NCBI RefSeq assembly: GCF_028641065.1
Contig: NC_073407.1
Span: 28,024,001 to 28,088,000, forward strand
From: Leucoraja erinacea
Taxonomy: Eukaryota
Length of the DNA: 64,000 nt
Direction of reading: 5' to 3'
Shown piece after piece: positions 46,242-58,700 of the stretch; position 1 is the stretch's first letter; the number at the start of each line of letters is the position of its first letter. Position numbers and translations under genes: made by a program. The notes beneath the pieces are model-generated. The model was given only the letters and a program-made list of their open reading frames with translations. It did no database searches and was not told where the DNA came from.

Positions 46242-46589
46242 GGGGAAGCTCTTGCTGTGTAATGACTGCGTCTCAAAGCAAGCAGGGAACGGAATGCACT
46301 TTGATAAAGGGTGAACTTTAATCATCTTTAACACCCCCTATTTCACTGTCAGCTTGGTTTTTATCAACACCTGCAGTAACTTTAACCTCAACTGCATTGC
46401 TTTGCTTAATCTATGACAGTTTTTTAAAATAATCTTTGTACATTTTTCAACATCTAGTGTCAAGGCCAAGATTTATTACCCATCCCCAATCACTGCTGAT
46501 GCGGCGGTGAGCTGCTGCCTTGAAACGCTGCCGTTCCGCTGATGAAAGCATTCCCACAGGAGGGGGTTCAGGAACTTCAACCCAGCAAC

Positions 46590-47642
46590 CCATGTGGGGG
46601 CATGTGTGCGTGTATGTGTGTGGGGGCATGTGTGTGTATACGTGTGTGGGTAGCATGTGTGCGTGGGGGCATGTGTGCTTACACGTGTGGGGGCATGTGT
46701 GCGTACACGAGTGTGGGGGCATGTGTGCATGTATGTGTGTGTGTGGCATGTGTGCATACACGTGTGTGGGGGCATGTGTGCGTACACGTGTGTGGGGGCA
46801 TGTGTGCGTGTATGTGTGTGGGGGCATGTGTGTGCGTGTATGTGTGTGGGTGGCATGTGTGCGTACACGTGTGTGGGGGCATGTGTGCGTGTATGTGTGT
46901 GGGGGCATGTGTGCGTGTATGTGTGTGGGGGCATGTGTGCGTACACGTGTGTGGGGGCATGTGTGCATGTATGTGTGGGGGCATGTGTGCGTACACGTGT
47001 GTGGGGACATNNNNNNNNNNNNNNNNNNNNNNNNNNNNNNNNNNNNNNNNNNNNNNNNNNNNNNNNNNNNNNNNNNNNNNNNNNNNNNNNNNNNNNNNNN
47101 NNNNNNNNNNNNNNNNNNNNNNNNNNNNNNNNNNNNNNNNNNNNNNNNNNNNNNNNNNNNNNNNNNNNNNNNNNNNNNGCGTGTATGTGTGTGTGGGGGG
47201 CCATGTGTGCATGTATGTGTGTGGGGGCATGTGTGCATGTATGTGTGTGGGGACATGTGTGCGTGTATGTGTGTGGGGGCCATGTGTGCGTGTATGTGTG
47301 TGGGGGCATGTGTGCATGTATGTGTGTGGGGACATGTGTGCGTGTATGTGTGTGGGGACATGTGTGCGTGTATGTGTGTGGGGGCATGTGTGCATGTATG
47401 TGTGGGGGCATGTGTGCGTGTATGTGTGTGGTGGTGTGCATGTGTGCGTGTATGTGTGTGGGGGCATGTGTGCGTGTATGTGTGTGGGGACATGTGTGCG
47501 TGTATGTGTGTGGGGGCATGTGTGCGTGTATGTGTGTGGGGGCATGTGTGCATGTATGTGTGTGGGGGCATGTGTGCATGTATGTGTGTGGGGGCATGTG
47601 TGCGTGTATGTGTGTGGGGGCATGTGTGCGTGTATGTGTGTG
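46590..47642. repeat. ~27-bp minisatellite GGGGGCATGTGTGCGTGTATGTGTGT, spanning an N gap (47011-47178)
   Basis: Direct observation. Confidence 0.95.
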
Positions 47643-48529
47643 AACCAAGTTCCTCTGGCGCCTCCCAGAGAGCTGCCAATCTTTGAGCAGTACAAGATGT
47701 AGTATTGGTCTTTGACATGAGGATTTACAACATGCTGCTTTATCTCTCCTTGATATCTTGTAAACATTGTGTTGGGGATGGCTGGCCAAAGTTTAGTTGT
47801 AAAACAGGAGATAACCTGGGAGATGCGTGATCAGCAAGGCTCAGCACAGAACCAGGACACACAGCAGTGACAAACAGCCCTGTGCCCATGACCCTGGTCC
47901 TGCAGCTGAGGCACCTGTACTGGACCATCTGACACCTGTGGCCATTACAGGTAGGGGGCATGATGTCCATGGCCCTGGTACCAGAGGCATTTGTGGCCAC
48001 CACTGACTGGAGGCAGAGTGCCCACGGCCTGTAGATGGGGCACGTGGTCACTACTGTCGGGGGGGGGGGGGGGGGGGTTCCCTGGTACCTGAAGGCCTGG
48101 CACTATGCCCTGGTACAACAGACTCTAGTGTGAAGGACAGCAGCATTTTCATTGCACGTTTTGTCAGCTCAGGATGCCTGTGGGGACCGTGGACAATGAA
48201 GTTCAGTGCATATGGGTCAGGGTTTGAAGCAAGGTGCCAGTGCAGAGTTGCACCCCTGCAGTACACTCTTGCAACCTTCAGCCAAGGAGGAATCCACGGA
48301 GGTGTCGTAGGAATATCATTGGTGCATTGGAACGCAGTGCTGCCTACAATGAGGACCAACCACACTGATGCTTGGCATGGCCTGTGTGGCTGATTGCCTG
48401 TGGCTAGGGTCAAAATGACCAGACACATCCAGCGACAGGTGAACTAATGCTGAATAAATAGTTGACTCTTTTCAAAAAAATGCTCCATGACAATTTTTGT
48501 TCCTTTGTAAATGCCAATTCCAATCCAAC

Positions 48530-48815
48530 TCATAGAAACAGAAAATAGATGCAGGAGTCAGCCATTCGGCCCTTCATAAAAACATAGAAAATAGGTGCAG
48601 AGGTAGGCCATTCGGCCCTTCGAGCCTGCACCGCCATTCATTGTGATCATGGCTGATCGTCCCCAATCAATAACCCATGTCTGCCTTCTCCCCATATCCC
48701 TTGATACCACTAGCCCCTAAAGCTCTATCTAACTCTCTCTTAAATCCATCCAGTGATTTGGCCTCCACTGCCCTCTATGGCAGGGAATTCACATCTCTCT
48801 GGGTGAAAAAGTTTC
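48530..48815 (-). mobile_element. CR1 3' ends (nested or duplicated tail)
   Basis: ATAGAAAATAGGTGCAG..GCCATTCGGCCCTTC occurs twice. Confidence 0.8.
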
Positions 48816-48817
48816 CC

Positions 48818-50125
48818 CAGCTCCACTAGTGGACTCTACTATCTCCACTAGTGGACTCTACTATCTCCAGCTCCACCAGTAGACTCTACTATCTCCACTA
48901 GTGGACTCTACTATCTCCACTAGTAGACTCTACTATCTCCACTTGTATTTGTGCGATGACATTAAAGTTGAATTGAATTGAATAGTAGACTCCACTATCT
49001 CCACCAGTAGACTCTACTATCTCCACTAGTAGACTCTACTATCTCCACCAGTAGACTCTACTATCTCCACTAGTAGACTCTACTATCTCCACCAGTAGAC
49101 TCTACTATCTCCACTAGTAGACTCTACTATCTCCACCAGTAGACTCTACTATCTCCACCAGTAGACTCTACTATCTCCACCAGTAGACTCTACTATCTCC
49201 ACCAGTAGACTCCACTATCTCCACCAGTAGACTCTACTATCTCCACCAGTAGACTCTACTATCTCCACCAGTAGACTCTACTATCTCCACCAGTAGACTC
49301 TACTATCTCCACCAGTAGACTCTACTATCTCCACCAGTAGACTCCACTATCTCCACCAGTAGACTCTACTATCTCCACCAGTAGACTCTACTATCTCCAC
49401 CAGTAGACTCCACTATCTCCACCAGTAGACTCTACTATCTCCACTAGTAGACTCTACTATCTCCACCAGTAGACTCTACTAGCCCCAGCTCCACCAGTAG
49501 ACTCTACTATCTCCACCAGTAGACTCTACTATCTCCACTAGTAGACTCTACTATCTCCACTAGTAGACTCTACTATCTCCACTAGTAGACTCTACTATCT
49601 CCACCAGTAGACTCTACTATCTCCAGCACCACCAGTAGACTCTACTATCTCCACCAGTAGACTCTACTATCTCCACCAGTAGACTCTACTATCTCCACCA
49701 GTAGACTCCACTATCTCCACCAGTAGACTCCACTATCTCCACCAGTAGACTCTACTATCTCCACCAGTAGACTCTACTATCCCCACCAGTAGACTCTACT
49801 ATCTCCACTAGTAGACTCTACTATCTCCACCAGTAGACTCTACTATCTCCACCAGTAGACTCTACTATCTCCACTAGTAGACTCTACTATCTCCACCAGT
49901 AGACTCTACTATCTCCACCAGTAGACTCTACTATCTCCACCAGTAGACTCTACTATCTCCACTAGTAGACTCCTATCTCCACCAGTAGACTCTACTATCT
50001 CCACTATCTCCACCAGTAGACTCTACTATCTCCAGCTCCACCAGTAGACTCTACTATCTCCAGCTCCACTAGTAGACTCTACTATCTCCAGCTCCACTAG
50101 TAGACTCTACTAGCCCCAGCTCCAC
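48818..50125. repeat. 22-bp satellite CCACYAGTAGACTCTACTATCT with internal palindrome
   Basis: About 1.3 kb, ~55-60 units. Confidence 0.97.
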
Positions 50126-53100
50126 ATACCCTCCCTGCAGTGAGCTGATTGGAACTCTGTGCAGGTGATCCACTACAGCCTTTGTACAACTGCAACACAG
50201 AGTTGGATTCTATGCTTCATGGAACTAGAGAGGCTAAAAGAATGGCAGGAGCAGAATGTGGAAAATATCAGGCAACAAACATAAAAGCAGAATGTTTCTG
50301 AATTAAATGGTGCTGGTTTTCAGAAGGATCTGGGTGTCCTTGTACACATATCACAGGGCGGGTCATTAATGGAAATAACATCTCAGCCTTTTTAAGAATT
50401 TCTGTTCAAGAAAAGATACATCTTACAGCTTAAAGGGTTTATGACATATTGTGTGTTTAGCCACTTAGAAGAGGGATACATTTTTGGATTCAGTGGGAGA
50501 TTAAAGCTCAGCCATTACTGACTAGTGGAGCTAGCAGAGGGGCTGAATGGCCTCCTCCTGCTCCAAGTTCTTGCCTTCTTAGACTTTTAGGATAGAATGC
50601 AATTTATTGTCATTCAAACCTAGGTTTGAACGAAATATCATTTCTACAGTTTTTTACATTACAAAACAATCCAAGACCCACACTTAACACAGTTTAAATA
50701 AACATCCATCACAATGAGTCTCCAACATCTCCTCACTGTGATGGAAGGTAAAGTCTTTATCTCTTCCCTTTGTTCCTTCTCCCGTGGTCCAGCAGTCCAA
50801 CTGCAGTGTCGAGGCGAACTGGGGCTCCGATGTTAAAGCCCCGGCGGGTGATGGTAAGTCCTGAGACTGTTTAAGCCACGCCGGGTCTCTGCAGCTCCCA
50901 TTGGTTATGGTGGTGCCATTTACACGTATGCCCTTGATACAATTTGGTTATTCTTACCCCAACCCATTTATAGCTCATGTTTAATCACAGTTATGGCAGC
51001 GATTATTGAACGCACTACATGGCTTTCCCTCTCGACTCTCCCTGGATGACCAGCCCTTTCCCCATTCACTGCCCGTCACATGGATGTGGGGGTTTAACAA
51101 TTGTTGTCAGCCCCTGGATTCCACAGCAAACTCCAAAATATCTGTGTAATCAGAAGGAATGAATGCATTCTCTACGCTAGCTTAATCCTAAAGCACAGTC
51201 TACTGACAGCGAGCTTCATTAGGAGTGAGTTTGGTGCTATGAAGTAATGCTGTAATTGCTGATAAACACACGGGGTCACCGAGTTGAAATTGTTGTAAAA
51301 CTAGACACCTGCCACCTCACCGTTCCTTCACCCTGTAGCACGCTAGAGGGAGGAGGAGGAGGAGGCCATTCAGCCCCTCGTGCGAGTAGGAGCTCGGCTC
51401 AGTACTTCCCGCCCAGTTTCTCCACAGATGCTGCCTGACCCACTGAGTTGTTCCAGCACTGTCTCAATCATTGTCAGCAAAAGCTAAGGCTGTAAAATAT
51501 ACGTTACCACCATCAAAATAAAACCACAACCCTCCCTATCAACACACAATAAAATGATAATTAAATATGTTAATGTTGGGTCTGGCTATGGTGGTGCCAT
51601 TTACACCTGTATGCCCGATACAATTTGGTTATTCTTACCCCAATCCATTTCTTGCATTGCTCCCCCTTTGTTCTCTTTAGGTTCCCACTTGGATCTAGTT
51701 CATCTTAAAGCCTTTTCTACCTCCCTCGTTATCCAACTCACTCGAGCGCTCTCCCAGATGCTTCATCCCATTCCATTACTGACAGCAGTGTTCCTCAAAT
51801 GAACACCCAGCTCTCCCACACAATGGCCTTTGAGCTACACCTTCATTTCCCTGATACCAATAATCCTGAACAAATTGCCCCCGTCCCAGGTATTCATCCA
51901 GAGATTCTGCTTTTTAATTTAATCCCCAAATGCTCAAGCTTTCACAGCAGAACCTTGTTCCAAGTCCCACCCGTATCCTTGTGTGGTCAATGACAATGGG
52001 AATCTCCGGCTCTTTCTCAAGTCCAGTGGAGATATCCCTCAAATGCTGCTGTAGCTAACTGATCCTGTGGTTCTCCAGCTCCTGATTGCAGATGGCAGCA
52101 TTCTCTATACCATCCATAGAGATACACAACAAGCATGATGGGCCAAATGGCCCACTTATGTGCTGTGATCATTATATGACTTGCTTCCTCTACTTGAATA
52201 GATTCCATACACCAATGCCACAGCCAGCTTGCTCACCTTCCCCATCGGCCTCACACTAGTCCACCAGCTTTGAAGAAACTCATTTCTTCACACCAACTCC
52301 TGGATTCCTGTACCTGCCTCACTCACACTCACTTCCTCCCAGCCTGACCATGTGTCAATTCTAAAGTATTTACTCTAAAGCATGTGATTGTGTCCAGGAG
52401 GTCATTTTCTCCCTCCCTGCTCATCAATACAGAGACAAAGTTCCTCAAATATTTACCTTGAACTCCAATCTATTGCATGACCAACACAAGTCCTGTCCTC
52501 CCACTAGTTGCGGAATAGTCTCAGTGTTGGAGAGGGACTTGGTGGGAAGGCAAAGATCCAATTGTTAATGTGTAATGGTACCAATAGCAAGTAAGAGGTT
52601 CTACTGAAGGAATGTGAACAGTTAGGGTCCAAATTAAAACTCTACTGGTAATAATCTCTGGATTAATATCCGAGCAGAACTGGTAGTCAGCCAGGGGTAG
52701 AGCAGTCAGAAGATCATTTGCCTCACTTTGGGCGGAGATAAGAATCACTAAGTGGAACAAGTCACTGATGGACATGATCTAGTAGTTGTGGCTACTTCAT
52801 AGGACTCAGTATAACTAAAGCTAGACTTGCAAGAATAATCATGAACAATTTCTTGATTCATATTGATCAGAGAAATCAAACTGGCAAATGGAGCCTTGAG
52901 GACAACGTGTGGAGTGTATTTAGGACAGCTTATTAAGACAATATATTGTTGAACCTACCAGGGATCAGGCTACTCAACCTCTGATGAGCATACAGGATTA
53001 ATTATTGATCTCATTGATGTTCCAGAGAGTGTGAATACAACATGATAGAATTTTATACCAAAAGAGACATAAAGTGCTGGAGTAAGTCAACGGGTCAGGC

Positions 53101-53604
53101 AGATTGAGAAAACATAGATCTGAAATTAATGGCTTCAACCATGTTACGATGGCAGAATTGACTAACATGGATTGGGAAATTGATTATATGGTAAATGGGG
53201 AGCTAAACAGTGATAGGCATCAGAGATGTTTTAATTCATAACAAGTAATATTCTTTTAAGTAAACTTAAGTAAAATGATGCCTCCATTGCTAATGCTAAG
53301 GATAATATCAAATTGAATTTATGGTGAAGGCCAGAAGACTGGGAGTGTTTAATAAAACGCAGCATAAAATGACTAAACGAAAACGGGAGGGGGTAGAGCT
53401 CATATTAATAGTGTTACGGCCTGGTTCAGCAACTTGTTCGCCAAGGAGTGAAGATAACTGCAAAAAGTGGTGAACATTGCCCAGTCGATGATGGGCACTG
53501 ACCTCCCCACCTTCAAATGGATTTACAGAAGTTGCTGCCTCAATAGCAGCTAGCATCATCAGAGACCCACACCACCCTGGCTACATGCTCAGTTCACTCA
53601 TATG

Positions 53605-54362
53605 GTCAAAAGTGATAGGAGCAGAATTAGGCCATAGGTCTACTCTGCCATTCAATCGTGACTGATCTATCTCTCCCGCCTAACCCCATTTTCCTGCCTT
53701 CTCCCCATAACCTCTGACACCTATACTAATCAAAAATCTATCTATCCCTGCATTAAAAATATCCATTGAAGGCCTGCACAGCCTTCTGTGTCAAAGAATC
53801 CCTCAGTTTCACCACCCTCTGACTACAGAATTTCCTCCTCATCTCCTTCCTAAAGGAACGTCCTTTGATTCTGAGGCTGTGACCTCTGGTCCTAGACTCT
53901 CCCACTAGTGGCAGTTTTTCGTGCTGCTTTTGCTGTTTCCATTGTCATTATTATTTGTTACGTTGGAGCTCTGCTCGGGCAGTGCGCCTGAAATGTTGTT
54001 ATAGTTATAATGACAATAAAGTATATTATTATTAGTGGAAACATCCTCTCCACATCCACTCTATCCATACCTTTCACTATTCTGTAAGTTTATTAAAACC
54101 GAGATGAGAAGAACTTTTTTCACACAGAGAGTGGTGAATCTCTGGAACTCTCTGCCACAGAGGGTAGTTGAGGCCAGTTCATTGGCTATATTTAAGAAGG
54201 AGTTAGATGTGGCCCTTGTGGCTAAGGGGATCAGGGGGTATGGAGAGAAGGCAGGTACGGGATACTGAGTTGGATGATCAGCCATGATCATATTGAATGG
54301 CGGTGCAGGCTCGAAGGGCCGAATGGCCTACTCCTGCACCTAATTTCTATGTTTCTATGTTT
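53605..54362. mobile_element. Cluster of CR1 3' fragments in both orientations
   Basis: Minus copy 53605-53910; plus copy 54095-54362 closely matching 2372-2600; tail (TTTCTATG)n. Confidence 0.85.
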
Positions 54363-55686
54363 CAATAATGTAGTAAACCCAACATCAGTTTGGGTAAAAT
54401 GCTGGCAGGGTATTGAGAAAAGCAATAGAATCAAGCAGTCAAGTGGTCCAATGTATATTAACCATGTAGCTGGAGAGAACTGTGAAAGAAAAATGTGGGG
54501 AAATGCAAGTTTACCATTTTGTTTGAATGGAGACAACAGAATATCTGTTCTGAGAGATATTGGTGTCCTTGCAGTTGGTGGATGGATAGGCAAAGAAGTC
54601 GTGGTCTTGGTGGGATCACAAGGGCAATACAGCGCATGGTATTTGTCTCCTTATACATAGTGAGACGTAGTGCATTGAAAAGCAGCCTCATTAAATGGAT
54701 TTCAGAAAGATCGTCTGGTGATGAAGGTTTATGCAGATTGGGCTACAACTCGAGACCTGACAAAAACAAGAGCGATCGATTAAAATGTACGAGATGTGGA
54801 GCGGATGCTTCTCCTCATGGGGAATCTGGAAAAAGGAGGTACCTTTCCTGCCATTTTAGGTGGAGGAGCAATTTCTTCATTCAGATCATTGTGAATCTTT
54901 ATAATTCTCTCATGCAGTGAGCTGTAAAGGCTGAATTATTGAATACACCCAAGGCTGGTGTGAACAGATCTTTCTACTATTGGTAAATCAAGGATTACAA
55001 GAACAGAGGGCTAAGATCACATTGAGTATTGGATCAGGCTTGCATTAGGGCAATCGGCACACTTGCCAACCTAATCCTCAGAAATTGGTTTCAATTCTTG
55101 ATGTTATGAAACTGAGGACGGCCATTCATCTGGGTGTATGAACCATCAATTAGTTTCTGCCTGGATTATAACAAATGCACTTAACCAGGGGTTGAACAAA
55201 TTTAGTTTTAATATTTCAAGTGAGCAAACTTCAGGGGAGAAAGTTCATCTTTCCCTTGTGCTATCCCCAATCCTACAGTTACCCAGTCTTGCCATCACAA
55301 GAGGTTTCTATTTACCCTCCTAAGCCTTTGAATCACCTGAAACACTTTGATTTTTATCATCCATTAAATCTTTCACACACAAGGAGCATTGTTAAACTCC
55401 AACTTGTTGGGTGGGTGAATGAGTACGGCACACACAGCGAGCTGTGTTGGGGGAGGAAATAAAGATGCATGAGGATCAGAAATACATAGCTGATGACAAA
55501 GTGAACCTCTCTCACCATGAAGGTTCAATGATAGTTTAACACGGATCACAGCAGACATGATCAGTTGAATGGGCAGCACAAGTCCAACAAAACTCTGGAC
55601 AAATGATTTGTTACATCAGGAGGCCTCGGGCCCAGCGAGGGTAGCCCAGCTGTGCCGGCCAGAGTTGGCGTGTTCCCTTGCCCATC

Positions 55687-55779
55687 TCAGTAGCCCTCGT
55701 CTGCCCAGGTCACCGTGTAGTCTGGGTACTTGGCCCTCAGGATTTCTGTTGTTATTTCATGCTTAGCCCGGCCAAAGCC
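55687..55779 (-). CDS. PHPT1: PHPT1 exon 3
   Basis: [30 protein letters not shown]. Confidence 0.95.
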   Translation of the reverse strand, partial: GFGRAKHEITTEILRAKYPDYTVTWADEGY

Positions 55780-58700
55780 CTGTGGGGAAATAAACAAATG
55801 CAGTCACTAGGATAAAGGCAGCAAATGGTCAAGTGCCGATATCCCACAGCACAGACTGCATGCAAGCAAAGAGACGCCAGATGCTTTATGTTGTGGGGCA
55901 AGAGAACATCTGATTATAAGCCGAGACAGACCACAGAAGGATACATGGAAAGGTTCAGAGGGATATGGACCAAACACAGGCAGGTGGGGCACCTTGGTCA
56001 GCATGGGCCAGTAGGGCCGAAGAGCCTGTTTCCATGCTGCATGACTGAGAATACTGATACGCGATACGCTGTTCCCTAAAGACAGAAAACTAACATGCAG
56101 GAACAACTGGTGGAGAGCATGGCAGGTGAAAGCATAGCCTTTAATACACGGGATAGGGTTTAGAGACAGGGAAACCTAGTCAGAGGGTACTGGTGAAAGT
56201 GTAGCTGTAGTAGTAGGGGAGGCTTTGATCTCTGCATTTAAGGAGGTATGTATTTGCAAGGAAGCAGTTTAAAGATTCACCAGGTTGATTCCTGGGATAT
56301 GACTGTTTGGGGTAAAGGTTGAACAGGGTCTGCCAAAGTGCAGTGGAAAATGAAGGATGATCTTCTGACCTTATTGAGGGGTTGACGGGAGAGATGCTAA
56401 ACATCTGCCCCAGTGGGGAATCAACAATGGACGTGGTGTCAAAGTAAGTCGTCTCAAGGAGGAATTTCTTCTTTCAGGAAGTCACGGATCTTTGCCATTC
56501 TCTTCATCAGGGAGCGCTGGAGAGGCAGTCCTTGTAAACAGATGATTGGTTATGGGTAAAAAGGGCAGATAAATGGAGCTGAAGCACAGTAACACATGGC
56601 CTAGATTGGCCCAGCAGGCTTAGTGTCTTTAGCAACGTCTGATCCCAATTCTCCCGTTCAATTACTTGATGCTACCAGAATAGGGCTTTATTTTCTGATG
56701 CAAGTTGCAATGAAGTGAGAGCACACCTACTATTGCCAGTCTCAGAGGATTTGTGCAGTTAGCAGGATTGATGGAGAGGTCACTGCAAGATTCATGCTCA
56801 GACTAGTTCCTGTCTCAGGGTTAATTGAACCTACACCAGAATAAGTCCGTGATAGGAGAAGAATTAGGCCATTTGGCCCATTGAGTCTACTCTGCCATTC
56901 AATCGTGACTGCTCTCAACCCCATTCTCCTGCCTTCTCCCCATAACCTTTGGAGTTCCGCAGGGGTCTGTGCTGGGGCCGCTGCTCTTCATGTTGTGTGG
57001 TAATGATTTGGAAGAGGGGATTTAATGTTTTGTGGCGGTTTGCTGATGATACGAAAATAGGTGGAGGGGAAGGTAGTGTAGAGAAAGCAGGGACTCTGCA
57101 GAAAGACTTAGCAGGTTGAGAGTGGGCAGAGAAAGTGGCAGATGGAATATAGTGTAGCAGAATGCATTTTGGTAGTAGGAATAAAGGCGTAGACTATTTT
57201 CTAAATAGGAGAGAATCCAGAAATCGGAGGTGCAAAGGGACTTGGGATGCTGGTGCAGGATTTCCAAAAAGATAATCTGCAAGTCGAATCGGAAAACTCA
57301 ATGGTAGCATTTATTTCAAGAGGGCTTGTATACAAAAACAGGGATGCAATGTTGAGGCTCTATAAAGCACTGGTAAGGCCGCATTTAGAATATTGTGAGC
57401 AATTTTCAAGTCAAGTCAACTTTATTTGTCACATACACATACAAGATGTGCAGTGAAATGAAAGTGGCAATGCCTGCGGATTGTGCAAAATCTACAGAAC
57501 AGAATCAGTATTTACATGTTAGAATTTTTTTTTTAAAGACACAACACAACAGTAAATTAGTCCCTGGTGAGATAAGAGTTTACAGTCCTGATGGCCTGTG
57601 GGAAGAAACTCCGTCTCATCCTCTCTGTTTTCACAGCATGACAGCGGAGGCGTTTGCCTGACCGTAGCAGCTGGAACAGTCCGTTGCTGGGGTGGTGGGA
57701 GTTCCCCATAATGTTGCTGGCTCTGGATCTGCACCTCCTGGTGTATAGGTCCTGCAGGGGGGAGACTGTAGTTCCCATAGTGCGTTCGGCCAAACGCACT
57801 ACTCTCTGCAGAGCCTTCCTGTCCTGGGCAGAGCTGTTCCCAAACCAGATTGTGATATTGCCGGACAAGATGCTTTCCACAGCCCCAGAGTAGAAGCACT
57901 GAAGGATCCTCAGAGAGACTCTGATTTCCTCAGCTGCCTGAGGTGATAAAGGCGCTGCCTTGCCTTACTCACCAGTGCGGCAGTGTGTGTTGTCCATGTC
58001 AGATCCTCTGTGATGTGGACCCCCAGGTATTTAAAGCAGCTCACCCTGTCCACAGTGGTCCCATTTATCTCCAGTGGCGTGTACGTCCTCGGATGTTGAG
58101 CCCTTCTAAAGTCCACAATCAGCTCCTTAGTTTTTGTGACATTCAAGAGGAGGCTGTTGTCCTGATACCAGAGGGCCAGATCAGCCACCTCCTCCCGGTT
58201 AGGCCTTCTCATCATTATCGGAGATCAGGCACACCACCACAGTGTCATCACAGTTTGGGCACCATATCCGAGGAAAGATGTGCTGGCTCTGGAGAAGGTC
58301 CAGAGCCAGTTTACAAGAGTGATCTCTGGAATGAGTAGGTTAACCTATGATGAGCATTCGTTGGCACTGGGCATGTACTCGCTGGAGTTTAGAAGAATGA
58401 GGGGGGACCTCATTGAAACATACAGAATAGTGAAAGGCTTAGATAGAGTGGATGTGGAGAGGATGTTTCCACTAGAGTGAGAATCTGGGGCTAGAGGTCA
58501 CAGCCTCAGAATTAAAGTTTTTTTTAGGAAGGAGATGAGGAGAAATGTCTTTAGTTAGAGGGTGGGGAAACTGTGGAATACTTTTCCACAGAAGGCTGTG
58601 GAGGCCAAGTCAGTGGATATTTTAAGGCAGAGATAGATTCTTCATTAGTGCAGGTGTCAGGGGTTATGGGGAGAAGGCAGGAGAATGGGGTTAGGAGGGA

